DNA from: Camelus ferus
Lineage: Eukaryota
Assembly (NCBI RefSeq): GCF_009834535.1
Contig: NC_045697.1
Location: 59,894,001 to 59,958,000, forward strand
DNA: 64,000 bases
Reading direction: 5' to 3'
Positions 13,530-27,336 of the stretch are shown in pieces. The notes under the pieces are model-generated. The model worked only from the letters and a program-made list of their open reading frames with translations, was not told where the DNA came from and did not search any database. The translations under genes were made by a program, and so were the position numbers. The first letter of the stretch is position 1. Each line of letters opens with the position of its first letter.

Positions 13530-14352
13530 TGTATTAGTTTCCTATTGTTACTATAACAAATTATCACAAATTTGTGGCTTAAAACAACCCAAATTTACTG
13601 TCTTATAGTTTTAGGAACCAAAAGGCCAAAATCGATCTCACTGGACTAAAGTCATGTTGTTGGCAGGCAGTAGCGACAACGACTTAACCAGACATAACCT
13701 CATGCTCACTGTAAAATAATTAACATTGCGGTTTGGCACCCCTCCCCCGCCATGTTTTTTTCTGTATAAACCATGGGCAAAGACATGTGCAAAAGGGGAC
13801 ACACATGATTAAGCACTCCAGGGGGAAAAGCCATCAATCAATCAGAAGATCACCTCCAAGTGAGGGTATAGAGAAGGGGCAAACAAAGACTGGAGCTGCT
13901 ATCCACCTTTGGATCAGCCTGCTTTCCATTCTTGGAGGTGTACTTTCCCTTTGATAAATAAATCCTTTAACATCTTTCCCCACACAATACTCTGTCTCCC
14001 ATCTGAATTCTTATCTTTCATTATGACAAGAAGTCGGGTCTTTTCCTTTCCCCTTTTGGGGTAACAGAAATTTCCCTCATTCCTTGGCTTCTGGCCCCAT
14101 GACACATTTGCCTCTTCTCCCTCTGTTTCTGTTGTCGATGGCCTATACTGTGCATGTGACCCTCTTGCCCACCTTTTGTAAGGACCCATGTGAACCCATT
14201 GTGCTAACCCCTAGAATCCAAGATAATCTCATCTCATGATTCTTAATTTATCCACATTTACAAAGTTCCTTTCTGCCATATTAAGGTAAAATATTCACAG
14301 GTTCTAAGGATTAAGATAAGGACATCTTTGGGGCCATTATTCAGTTTACCAC
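13530..14352 (-). mobile_element. MLT1 (MaLR) solo LTR, interrupted
   Basis: tgtattagtttcctattg...ggcttaaaacaac start and ggacatctttggggccattattcagtttaccac end; interrupted at ~13669-14066. Confidence 0.85.
13669..14066 (+). mobile_element. ERV1-type LTR (5'-truncated) inside MLT1
   Basis: TATA-like gggtataga, tgtactttccc...aataaa, ends ...ggggtaaca. MLT1 sequence resumes immediately after. Confidence 0.7.
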
Positions 14353-15356
14353 GTTAACCAAATTCAGAAGAATAAATAATAACTCCCAAGATATATTATA
14401 GGGCAACGATAAACTCTTCTTACAGCTGCAGAATACAGCTATCTTCCTATAACCTTCATTTATGTTCTGAGTTAGTTAGCTCTTACCTGACTTCCCTTTC
14501 ACACGTCTGTGAACTGGCAACTCTGAATATCTTTTCACTGGATTCACAAGCTGAAGGAGAATCAATAAAACAATCTGTAGAGCATACTTCACTAATGGGC
14601 AAATACAGTTAGTTCTGTCATAGAGTATTCTTAAGCCAGGAATTACATATGTAATTATGAGTTTTTACTTCTTCAAACATACAAATAACTAAATCTACAA
14701 AACACAACCCCACTAAATTGGAATCATAACTCACTCTATTATATACTTTACCTCTTACCTAACTTTCTGTCTGTCTTTTAACCATCCATCCATTATCTCT
14801 TCTTGGACAAGCATTGAGGAACTTTTTCATATAACTTGCTTATATTTGCTATTCCGTTTAACTGAAATTTCACCCCAATGTTTCTTACATTCTACATTTC
14901 CCCCTGGAGATCTCTTCTGTTTCACTCCAGTGAAGTGAACTTTGTGGCTTGCCATTAGGAAACCTAGATCAAAATAAAAACTTGAAGATTTCTTTTTTCC
15001 ATAATTATCTATAGCCTTTCATTTAGCCATTTTAGGCTGAAGTTTATTCCTTCTGTGCAGTTCCTGGGAGTGAAGTATATTTGTCTTCTTTGGCTGAAAA
15101 AGACAGTTCAGTTTATCACTTGTTCACCAAAAGGTTTTCAGGTCCTTTGCAAAAGGCAACAGTTTATAGTTAATTTCTTGAAAATTATACCTGTGATTAA
15201 TTTTATTTTTAGGAACTTAGAATGAAATTTTACCATTCTCATTGTATAAATTGTTCTCTGGTCCCCTGTGTTCTGAATATTATGGGTCAGTGTCCATGAG
15301 GCAGGATTGAGGCAAGTGTGGTTCTTGGAGCTACTGCATCTTAGCCAAACCTAGAG

Positions 15357-15652
15357 CAGCATTGTCCAATAAAAATCGAATATGAACCACTTAAGTAATT
15401 GTAACTTTTTTTGAAGGCATATAAAAAAGTAAAAAGAAACTTATGAAATTAATGTTAATATGTTTTATTTAACCCAGTATATCCAGATTGCTATCATGTA
15501 TACTTGTGATCAATATAAAATAATGAATGAGATAGGTTTTTTTTTAACTAAAATATGTAGTATTTACACTTACAGCATATCTCAATTCAGACTAGCAACA
15601 TTCCAAGTGATTAATGGCCAGATGTGGCTAATGTCTAATGTACTGGACATTG
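15357..15652. mobile_element. MER33-like hAT-Charlie DNA element
   Basis: Termini cagcattgtccaata... / ...tactggacattg; internal ttttatttaacccagtatatcca and acttacagcatatctcaattcagactagc. Confidence 0.85.
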
Positions 15653-18119
15653 TAATCTTATCATTTGTTTGGAGCCTGGTCAAAGACATGATTGACCATA
15701 TTACCTAACTAGAAGAGGGACAATAAGTCTAGCCAGGCCTCTAAAGCCAAAAATGTAAGTATTTTATTTCAGATGACACTGATCCACAGGTATAGAACTG
15801 AAACTCAAACTCTATTAGAAACAAGCCTTCCCAAAATCACATCTTCTAGGACACACTGTGAGATGCTCCATAAATAGCAGGAGTTTCAAAATAGAATTTG
15901 TATCAGAAATATTACATAAGTTATATCTCTTTGGGAGATTCATCATGTAGGTCTGTGAAATCCTGCTTTAAAATGTTTATATTTTTTAAACCTGAGTTTT
16001 ACAATTTATCTAATGATAGAATGAACACTTTTTCATATAATGTTAGTTTATTTAAATCCTGTAAAATTAGTGTTTTTATAGAGTACAAAATATTTTGAGA
16101 CCACTCTACATGAAATGGATATTCACTTCTATATAGTATTTTACTTTAATTTTTCTCAGTAAGTTTTTGATGAAACACTGATCCTCTCATTTATATTTAG
16201 TTTTATTGAATACTAACTTTGTGTATTGTCCTAAATGCCTTTAGATGTATTTATATTAACTAGAATATGAAAACTATTAGCATATTGGCATATTGTTCAT
16301 AATCCCATGAGGCAGTTATTTTCTTCACTTAAGAGATAAGAAACTTGAAAGAAGAGGGGTTAAATATTCAGCTAGAAAATTGCAGCACCAAAATTCAAGG
16401 CAATCTGTCTCAGTGCCCATTCTTTTAGTCATAAGTTTACTACCTGTCAATGTAACCTTTGACTATAAGTGCATAAATAATAAAATTAATCAACAAAGAC
16501 TTTAGAGCAAACATTAAAAAAGAAGCCATTTCTAAACATTGTGTACAATAACATAAGACAAAGAGTATGAATTGACTAGACAGTAAAATGCCTTTCAAGG
16601 AAAAGGGAAGCAACATCTGGTAGTATACACACATGAAAAGGCATAGCTTTTAATGGATGACTGAATAATAGCAAAAACGGGTAAAGAGAGTGATTCTCAG
16701 CTTCTTGATGAAATGCTGTGGTATATGAGTTAAAGTAGTCCCCTCATATATTATTGGAACATGAACTGTGTAGAACTCAGAAAACCTGGGAGATCACACA
16801 GGAGTGGGTTTATTCCACCTGCCCTGAGGACTGGCTGGGCGGCATGTGTAAGGGCAGACTCTGAGGAATAAGCAAGCAGCAAGACCAATGCCTAGCTCAT
16901 AGTGGCCATTCAATAGCTAGTTACAAAAATGTTGAAAGCTTTCATTGAGGTTCTTAGGTAAATCCAAAATCAGCATGTTCCAAGGACTCCTTTGAAGGCT
17001 GAGAAACTGTGAGAATTGAACCAGAAGGCAACAAATACCAGAGCTTTTGCACATGGAACCTGAAGAGGAAACTACATAGAACAAATTGTCACTTGAGGAA
17101 TGGCGGGACCTAGGTGTTCACAGAGCCTCTTTTATAATGCATATTCCAAACTTAAACATTTTAAATATATTGTGTTCTGTTAAACTATTTCATTTTATTA
17201 TTATAGTTATATATTATAGTTTTCATATTGCTGAGTGTGTTGGTATAGCAGAATAAGCCATCTAGCAGTCAGAATGTTAAAGTATATAATTTATTGCATG
17301 AAGTATACTTAACACATATATTTATATATACATTATTTGAAATATTATATATTGCTTAAAATTATAATATTTTCCTATATATTTTCAAGCTTTATACATA
17401 CTATCCAAAAGATTAACCTATATTATATTCTATCTTAACAAACCTTACAATAAAAAGTACAGTTATTAAAATGTACTATTTTTACCTATTTCAAGTAAAT
17501 CAATTCAAAGTTTATTCACTTCAGGAAGATCGAGTTTTATTAGGTCAAGTATTATGGCTCTGCCAGCCACATTCTTGGGAGTATTTTCAATGTTGCTAAA
17601 TGATTTTTCTATCACTTTTCTCATAAAAGGATCATGTCTAAGAAATATCATTCATATGTTCTTCATAGATAAATTCAGCATGTAATTATGTTTGGTATGA
17701 AACAAGCAGTTTCAGACACATATACAAAAAATAATACTTTCTAAGTAAGATCTTATCAAAATTAACGGATTGTCTTTCCTATATATATCCAAAACCTCTT
17801 TGAATCAAAGAAAAATAATACCAACAATAGCAATGATCATACAAAACATAAATAACTGTCACAACTAAACTAATAATTGTTGAACTCTCATCATGTGACA
17901 GCTTGTTCTAAGCACTTTGTCTCATTTAATATTTGTAAAAGCCTAAAAACAATGGTAGGGGAAAAAGAAAAAAAGAAGGAAAAGAAACACTTTCTTAAAG
18001 GAGAAGAAAATAGAATGGAGATGGGACAAGAAAATGGAATAAACTAAGGAAAAGAAATGTGAGAAAATACATACATCTTAATGCTTAGTGAAGTGGATCT
18101 TCTTGGATCTTGAAGTGAA

Positions 18120-18460
18120 GAACAGCTGCCAAAGCTCTGGTACAGCACTCAAGGCTGCGGAGGGTTTGTAGCACCCTCCTGCTCTGCTTAGGGTTGTTGG
18201 CTGCGGCTGCCGGCTGTGCTCTCCGAGCCAGGCAGAGCAGTGAGAGAGCCATCAATTACTCCCTATTCAATGTGCGGGGCCAGAGCCTGCCCTCCTGAAT
18301 GTGTGTATAACTCCCTGCAACTTGAATGAAAGTTAGGTGCGTGTAATTGAGGGAAGAGTTTGACCCCATGAGGTTGAGTGAGAAATGATTGATCGGTTTG
18401 AACTCCAGTAGTTCTTCCTGAACTAATGGACTTGAACAGGGCCCAACTGGCCCCTAGGGA
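18120..18460. promoter_or_regulatory. Candidate enhancer / conserved non-coding element
   Basis: GC-richer, CpG-retaining island in AT-rich DNA, not recognised as a repeat. PBX-HOX site TGATTGAT at 18386-18393, plus atcaatta and taattg homeodomain cores. Confidence 0.4.
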
Positions 18461-20319
18461 TTTTAATTCTTATTTTCTCCAATCTTAGCTACTTTGTGCG
18501 ACATTTTCCCTCCTCTCTTGTTTACTGTCCACTGTTCTGGTCGATTGAGTTGTTCTATTGGCTGAGTGTTTATAAAAGACCCGTCTATTCTTAAATAATT
18601 CTTGAATTTAAAGAATTTGCTTAGCAAATCGGAAAATAAAGTATTATATAGTCTACATATGCTATTCAGCACTGAGTGAATTGAGAACAAGAGCACTGCT
18701 ACCCGAAATATAAATCTATAGATATCCCTCTGTGACCAGGAATCAAGTTCTTTTTTCAAATACCATATAAAACGAAAGAAACTCAGCATGGAAGGTATTT
18801 TAAAATGTTTTCTAATTGTTCCATAGTGGAAAAGTAATTATTGTTGTTTTTAAAATATTAACACAAAGTATATTTTTCCTACACATATAATCTCTTAAAG
18901 TTCTCTCTTTTAGCTGAAAATACATACTGATGTATCATTTTCAGGACTATTTTTGACATGTTTTACTGATTGTTTGATGAAGATCTCTCTTCCTCATTAA
19001 TGTGTAAGGTCCAGGAAGGCAGGGATTGTGTCTATGTAAACTTACAACTGGCTATCTGATTCTTTATTTCTGGTGTTTCTGGATTTCTGGTATTTATTTC
19101 TAGTGCTTAATCCTGACACATAAAAAACAGTAATTTTCTAAAATTAAATTAATCAATGAATAATACATTATTTCAGAATCTTTACTATACCCAAACCAAC
19201 TGCTAATAGATTTTTTTTTAATTTTAAAGGTCCGATTGTGTTCATACCATCATTTGGAGACAGATGAAATTCTGTGGAAATACTGCATTTGATGCCATTA
19301 GTTAAATAAGGACAAGTGATAAATCTATTTCTTCTCTAAATGATAGCCATTCTTTCAGACAAAGATTCATTTATATCAACCAAAGTGAGCTACTAGATGC
19401 CTGGTCAAGGATATGGCATTCTGTTCTAATTAATGAAGTCCAGAATCATTAGATGTGCCAGGGTTCAACATTTCAAAAAGAAAATAATTGTGTTCCCTTA
19501 TCTTTGAAATATAAGTGCTGCTGTTTCAGAACATGAGGAGATTCTTGCATAGTTTATAGATAATACGCAAGCATGGGTCACTTCGATGAGCATCTGAGAA
19601 GCCGGGGCCACATTACTTTTCTAATTTTAGTAATGTGTTAGTAAATCAAAGCAAGGTTTAAAAAAATCGTTTTTGTTTTACTGTTCTTTTTATTTTTTTC
19701 CTAGAATTAAACCCTTCTGCTGGCACCCAAAGGCACTAGGTATGTGTATTTTCTTATTCTACTTTTGCTTTTTATAAATTTTGAAAAGTTATATTCTCAT
19801 TGTCTTTCTGACACTGGGCATTCTTCCAGGTATCTCTTTATTCCTCATTACACATTTTGTGCAGACTGTTTCCATAGACACCATGAGTGCATACAATATC
19901 CCTAGCAACTGTTCTTAGATTTTTCTTTTAACAAGACAATGTCACCATTTGCAAATAAAACTGTGCCCCATTGTTTCAGGAGATGTATAACAGGTGCTTC
20001 TTTCTTATAATTTAACACTGAAAAATTCAAGAGATGTGTTGATTGTGCCAAGTTGCTGCACTTTAAGTCACTATACATCCTTTTATTTTTAAATAGCACT
20101 TCCAATTTGTAGAGTGTTTTGCACAGCATGAACTGCGTTTGAGCTATGCAAATATTAATAAATGTCACTCTCCAATTTACTTAGATGGAGCTAAGTTAAG
20201 AGTATATCAGCTTTCAACTACAGCAAAAACTGAGACAAATGTTGTAAATCAAGAGCAAGGTCTACTGAACAGTAGACAAACAATGCATACCAACCTTGAG
20301 CTAATTCAGTTGTCTCATT

Positions 20320-20850
20320 TCAATGCAGTCCTACAAATATTTATTGAGCACCTACTTTTGGCAAGACACTATGCTTGGTAGTATTGTGTAAATAGAAATA
20401 AACAAGATATGGCCATTGACCTTAAAATTTATACCCATCAGGTGAAACAGATATGGATACAAATATAAAATATTGGGTGAATTGATATATGTGGTACTAA
20501 AAATACAAACAAAATGCTGTGTAACCCAGAAGGGAGTGGGATTAATGTTGAGTAAAGACATTTGGAATGATTTATTGGGAAGCCTGACATTGGGGCTGTA
20601 CTAAAGGATGGATAAAGTTTAAACTGATGAAGATGACATCTTGTAATGACAAATGCTTTCAATAATGAGAACAGTGTAAACACGGGCAAGATAGCAGCAA
20701 ATAAAAGGAAACAAGCAACAGGGACCGAGGTTTAATGGTGTGCTTTGTTATAAGGTGGAAGGCATGGTGAAGGGATGATAGGATGAGACAGAGGCACAGG
20801 TGTATTTGAGGCCAGATCATGGTATCTATAAATGGTACATAAAGAACTTC
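20320..20850 (-). mobile_element. L2 LINE 3' fragment
   Basis: acaaatatttattgagcacctacttttggcaagacactatgct and downstream L2-like purine-rich sequence. Confidence 0.75.
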
Positions 20851-23800
20851 GGAGAGTCCAACTTGTATATTTTAAAAAATCTTTCTCAGAATAGAGTTTC
20901 ATTAAAGGACCTATAAGTAAGTCTCTTGACCATGTGTATATTTTTTCTTACTCAATCCACCAGGCTCATTTAAAACACGGAGTAGGTATTTACACACACC
21001 TGCACACACATAAGTGGTAAGATTACTCTTTACTATTTAAGCAGTTTATAGTTATTCTGCAATGATCACGTTCATTTATAAATAAACATGGCACCCTTGT
21101 TTCTGTAAAAGATCTTATAACACCTCACCTATCTGAAATTTATAAATCTGCAAATCTCCTTTATGAATGCAATTAAGTACCAATCAATAAAAAATATAAG
21201 TTGGTTAAGAAATATTAGTGTCACAGAGTCAATGGATGGAATAGCTTATTCTTTATTACAAGGGGTTCTTTCTGGATATTGCTTGAGGTCTATTTTATTT
21301 TATACACAGTTCTAATATGTGTGATGATTTGGCCTTTCAGCCCAAGAAGTAACATATTAGCAGAGGGAAAAAGGGCCTTATAAAGGGGTCACTCAAGGCT
21401 AGTGGGAAATGGCAATAGTTGAAAATTAAAATTATACAAATAATTTAAAAGCATTCAAATTTGACAGGTAATTTTGTGGCTAGGCAAATAGTTGCAATAA
21501 TTTTTAAATGTCTGGTATTGTCACAGAGTATAACTAATGAGTATATAACACTCTATATCCCCTAAAAGAATTTAGATCTCTGTGATCATTAGAAAAATAT
21601 CCTTTTGGTTAAATGTTTAAAATAAAAATAAAAGCGTTTAATAATTATAAAGCTAAACACTTTAATACTGAAATCATATCATGCCTACTTCCAAATAAAA
21701 ACTGTTTTAACAAATGAACTTAAAAAAATTGAGCTATGTGTTTCTATTCATATACACGTAATCCAGAAATTGTACTGATATTTTTTCTATTGGTTTGAAT
21801 TGACCTGTTTTCATTTCACGTTGTTTCCTCCAACTACTTATCTCACTATCTGATTTCACCCCACAGTGCCTATATTCTAATTATGATTAGCATGGTGCTA
21901 AGGCACATAGTCGACTCCAGTAAACATAAGATGAATGAATGCCAGCCTCTGCTTTGTGGCACTGGGCTGTGTTCAGATCATTGACTCTATTAAGGAGGGA
22001 GCTGCACAGTTGTAATATATAGCCACTAAGTCTAAGTGCATCTCCTGTCTTATGGGCATTCAGAAGTAAGCGATGACAGGAGGAGCTGTTAACATGTGAA
22101 CCTCATCTATTATATGTTCAATTTAACTACTGGAAATATCTGTGACAAAACATAATTAGTTTGATTGGTCTACTAACAAAATTCTTCTAGCATTAGTGAT
22201 ACAGTCAATTGGAATATCACTACAAAGTTAGAATCACTGTCTATAACTTTCTTTTCTTCTAATTTTTCCTACAACAGCAAATTTTTTGGGAGAAAATTGA
22301 TAACAGACTGTAGGAGGAAAACACAAATCTTTGCAACATTAAAAAAAACTTATTTTGCTTTCTTTGTTACTATTTTCCAATTCCGATGTTTCATATTTTT
22401 AGAAAATGAAAATAATTATTTAAAAAAAATGTCTATAGTGATCTTGGATCATCTAAACTAGAGTAGATGAGCCACTGAGGTCATTGGAAGACTACATATG
22501 TGAAGGATGTGTGAAATACAGTGATTTTATTTATTTATTTTAGTCATCACCAAGCAGTAGTGAGTATTGGCAGACAAAAAAAGTCATTGTCAGCCTATAC
22601 CTGACTCACATGCATGATTTAAATTTTCAACTTACTGAAGTCTGAATCTAAGTGTGTATATGCATGCTTGATAGCTAAGGAAAATGGAGAGAGTCAAAAT
22701 ATAAGTAACAGAAAAAGGAAACATACTTCGACCACACTTTTCTTTTCTCGTTTTATGTGAAGCTTCATGTTATTAAGTCCTGTGTATTTGCTAGCACTTG
22801 GACTGTCACAATTTTTAGAGCCCTGGCACTATATAGTCCATGGTCTTTGCAAAAAATGCAAACATCCTTTAGCATTGTTACAGGATCTGGTAACAAGAAC
22901 TATGTTTTCCACTGTATTTTCTTTTTAAACAAAAGTCTGTCTTCATGACAGCACAATAAAGGAATTCTAAACTTTTGATTTCTGCCCATGTTTTGTTAGT
23001 ATATTCATGCTTTGAGTGAGTGGCTTTAAATGGCAGGGTTTTTTTTTTTTTATGATTCTAACATGCAGGTACACCTTTCAACTGTATTTTGAAAAAGCAG
23101 GAAACTATATGGTTCAACCTACTCAAAAGATACTTACTAACTTCTTATCTAACTGATTACAGGCATATATTTTGCTGACAGGTGACATTTGGTACATTAA
23201 ACAAAAAATACATAATCTTCAAGTATTCTCTCTTGTACTGTCAGTTCATATTATGAGGACTAGGCACTGTAATGTCTAATTTACAAATCACCAAGGGACT
23301 GAAAATCATTCAAAACCCAGCAAAGAGTTATTTAGTGATGATATAATCATCACTTCGATTCAGGAGTGATGATAATTTACAGTTCTGATAATTTTCCAGT
23401 ATTCTCTACAGTTAATCTAATAACAAACAGAAGAATTTCTTTCCACCCTGAAAATGAAAAATAGTCACTAATGTAACTGAGTCAGCACATCCTAGAAATT
23501 GTAACAGATGGAGAGTGTGCCCCTAGAGACAGGCTGGGTTCTTGCTCCCCAGTATCCTCCCCAGGACCAATTCCAAATCAACCTCATTTTGTAGTTTTCT
23601 TTTTTTTTTTAAGGAAATATATGTATTTTTAAAGAAAATATATTTAGAAATATTTTATGAGAAAAAAATATATATTTATGTATGTATATAGGTTTCAGAT
23701 ACTCTCCTCATTTTGCCTTTCTTTCCAAATTTCCACTTTCTTCCTTTGCACTTGAGTCTCTGACCTGTGCCTAGAGGCTGACAGGCTGCTAAAGAACAGG

Positions 23801-26800
23801 AAGTAGGATGTCTATTTCTCCTCTAATGACTATTCTAAAAAGTGAATACTCAACCTTTTGAATTTTTAAGAGGGTTTAATGCTGGTAACTAAAAGATCGT
23901 GACAAATAGTGAGTAAATCAAGAATCACTTGAAGAATTACTTAGTGCCAGAAATATAAAAAAGTAACAGATTGGTCATTCCTGAGTTGTATTTAGATTTG
24001 TTTTAAGTGAATTTAGGTGTTACTGGTCCTGTCTGTCATGCTCCTCTCTGAATTTACAGCACCTAAAGCAGCATATTACACATCTCAGGTGCTAAATAAA
24101 TATTTGCTTAATCGCTAAATGAAGACCTGCATGAGACTTCCCTTCTCATAACTCTGTGTCTTGCGTTACTATCCTTGCATCTAGATTTGTGCTTCTGTGA
24201 CAGTCAGCATACTGAACCACATCTAAGTATATATATATTCTTTACTTTCAGGTCCATGCTGAGTGTCGGTCTCTGTAATCCTATCACTTACTCATTTATC
24301 TTTGTACCATTTTGCTTTCCTGTAAGGTTTTGACTGACCATTATTTTAAAGTCTACTTCTACTTTGAAGTAAAGCATTATTCTCTTGTTGTTTTAAGTAA
24401 GGGCCTTTGCAAACTGTGTTCTTCAGAATATTAGTTGCAAATGATGCTTTATGAAATGGAATTTTGTAGCCTAATCATGATTAACACCAGCATAATTATA
24501 GGTCTAAAAAGTTCTGCAGTGAAAGAGCCCATTTAATTATGTTTAAACTGATTCTCTATCTTTATTTGACCAGAGGCAACTTTTTTCCCCAACAAACTCA
24601 ATATTCGATCCCAATAAAAATATTGTTTCACAAGATACAAATTATTATTCTCTATTCTCAGGTAATAACCGAAAGGTCATTTCACAAAGAATCATGTACC
24701 ACATATACTCTAATGGAGAAATCTACTCAAAACCTACAAGCTGTGACAAAACTGTCTCCATTTTTTTTACCTCATTCTCAAGTTTCTGAGGACCTTCAAT
24801 TCTGAGTTCATTGACAGAAGATGGACGAAGGCCACTCTCAGACTCTACCAATGATTCAAACCACCTATGGTCACCTACTATAGTTACCTCCACAGGTTCT
24901 TAGTATCATGAATATCTCTGCCTAAAACTCTACATATAGGTCTCAGATTTATATAATTACAACTTGATAATAAACTATTAAAACTACAGTTAAAATAACA
25001 CATGCAATTCATCTAGAACAAAGGAGGTCTATTCTCTCACAATGTCTTAATATATTTATTCTCAAACAGAATTTGTTCAGAGTTAGTTCAGGGTCAAGGT
25101 GAAGAACACAGAGCTCATAACTAAATTCATATTCCATGAGTGTGTACAAGAGATTCAGGAAGGCTTGACACAATTCTAAAATATAGGATTGGTTTAAATA
25201 TTTTCTGATGAGTCATGGTTCTATTTATTTCTACTGTACAAATATGAGTGGAATAATCAAATTAATATATTTTTGTACTACAAGGTGAGCTATAAGATTT
25301 AGATAATTTTTTAAATAGTTACAATGTGGGTAGAATTCTTACTTTTAATTCTCTATTCTTTTACTCAATGAGCTGAAAGCAATTAGAAAAATCTGAAAAT
25401 AACTTCTAAGAATGCCTTCTATTAAAGCATGCTTCATTGTTAGCATTTCTTATATTAACACCTATTATTTTCTAAGTTAGAACTTAGGACAAATGTTCAG
25501 AGAAGGCAAGTGTACCTTCAGAAATTTTTTAAAAAGTTTGCTACTGGAACTGCCCTAGAAAAATTAATAGTAACTATTGTGTCATAAAGCATAGGTATAA
25601 TTGTGGGGTGTACCCTTTGCTGTAGTAATTACTCTCATTAAAAATTAGTTACCTCCTTCAATATTTGACCACCTCTTTGTAACTTTTTTCCATTAATAAT
25701 TTAAAAATTGTTAGTAGTTTTGTTAAATTCACTAACTACAAAATATTAGTCACTCTCTACTCACTGAATATCGCTTTTTTGCAGGAAACCATTCTGACTG
25801 GCCTGAAAACTTATTTAAGGACTTAGCATAGTACTAACTTACAGCATAGCTGACACCTTTGCCTAGCTGCGCGTGCAGGGAGGTTTTGGCTAGCAATCCT
25901 AAACCTATTCAGGAAGTTGTCTATGAGCATGGCTGCTGCTATGTAAAGTATCAAGGACTCAACCCTCAAAAAGGACTTTCCTGTACTATTGTGTGTGTGT
26001 GTTTGCTGATAAACCTACTTGATACCTTTTCTTCCATGTAAGACTTTCTGCCCCACTGACGTTTACAATCTGTTGTAGGGTATAGGTAATAACACCATAC
26101 ACATGTATGCATGTTTGTGTGTGTGTGAGTATAGTAATGTGTAGTAATGGCAAATCCTTGAAAAAATTAATTAGATTGAGAAGATAGGAAGTGAAAGGGG
26201 CTACTACCCATAAGGTAATAAACCAAAGCTTCTCTGAGGTGGCACTTAAAATAAAAACAACTCAATGAATGAAATGAAGGAACAAACTATGTGACAGTTT
26301 TGGACAATAATGCTCAAATGTGGGAATAGCAAATAAAGAGCCATTGAGAAAAAAAGCATATGAGAAAAAAAGCGTATGTGAGGCACAGCTGAAGACACAG
26401 ATAGCCTTCTGATTTCCTTAGAGAAATGAAATGGTCACTGCCAGTCTCCTATGGATATTATAACACTGTTAAATCTCCAAAAAGTGTTTAGGTCTTTAAG
26501 GGAACAGTTTTGCCTTCAAAGTGAGAGACAGCAGTTCTGGCAGAGTCTTTTTTATGGGTCTGAATATTTTAAATTGACTTGTTTAATGCCAGCAGAAGAG
26601 AAAGCAACAACTTCATTATTTTATTGAGACATTTGCCCACAACAAAATGTTGCCAATGCTATTTTCAGTATAGAAAATAGGATTTTTGCTCAGAATATTT
26701 CCTTTCTTCAATGTATATCTTTAAATTTGTTGTATATAGTGTTGATAAGAAAAAAAGGTATTTTAAAATAAAAGAATGAGTTGCTCTACAAAATATAATC

Positions 26801-26857
26801 AGGACAATAACCAGGGTAGAGAGGAGAGAGAAAGCTAAATGGTTCATATATTTATGG

Positions 26858-27336
26858 TGTAGAGTTATTATTTGTTGCCTTGATGGTTCCCTGAGTGCTG
26901 ACACCCACCTTGCTTGTTTTGAACTTTTACCTAGTTGTTGCCTATCTCTAAGTACTCCTTTCCAACATGTATGTTCAAGCAACAATTCACGTGACGATTT
27001 CCCCATGTCCTTCCTTTTCTTTCCATGTTGACCCAGTTACACTCAAATTACCCAATGTAAATGCTTCTTGCATGCCGCAGCTACCCCACCCAGAACCCAC
27101 ACTACAGACATGTACTCATGAGTCCTTGCTCTGCTCCTTCCCTTCCTGCCATGACCAAGCTTAGAGCTTCTGATGACTTTGTGTAGCCCTCTGGGCATGC
27201 CGTATCTCCCTAAGACCTATCCTCACAGGATAATAAATCCTTTAATGTCATACGCCTCTCCTCATGTAATTTCCATGGTCATTTTGGAGTGACCCTTAAA
27301 GACCCCACAAGGGGATTTACTCTCCCATTTATAACA
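26858..27336 (+). mobile_element. Solo ERVL-class LTR (MER54/MER73/LTR53 group, tentative)
   Basis: About 480 bp, TG...CA termini (tgtagag...ataaca), aataaa near 27232, GC-richer than flanks. Confidence 0.65.
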
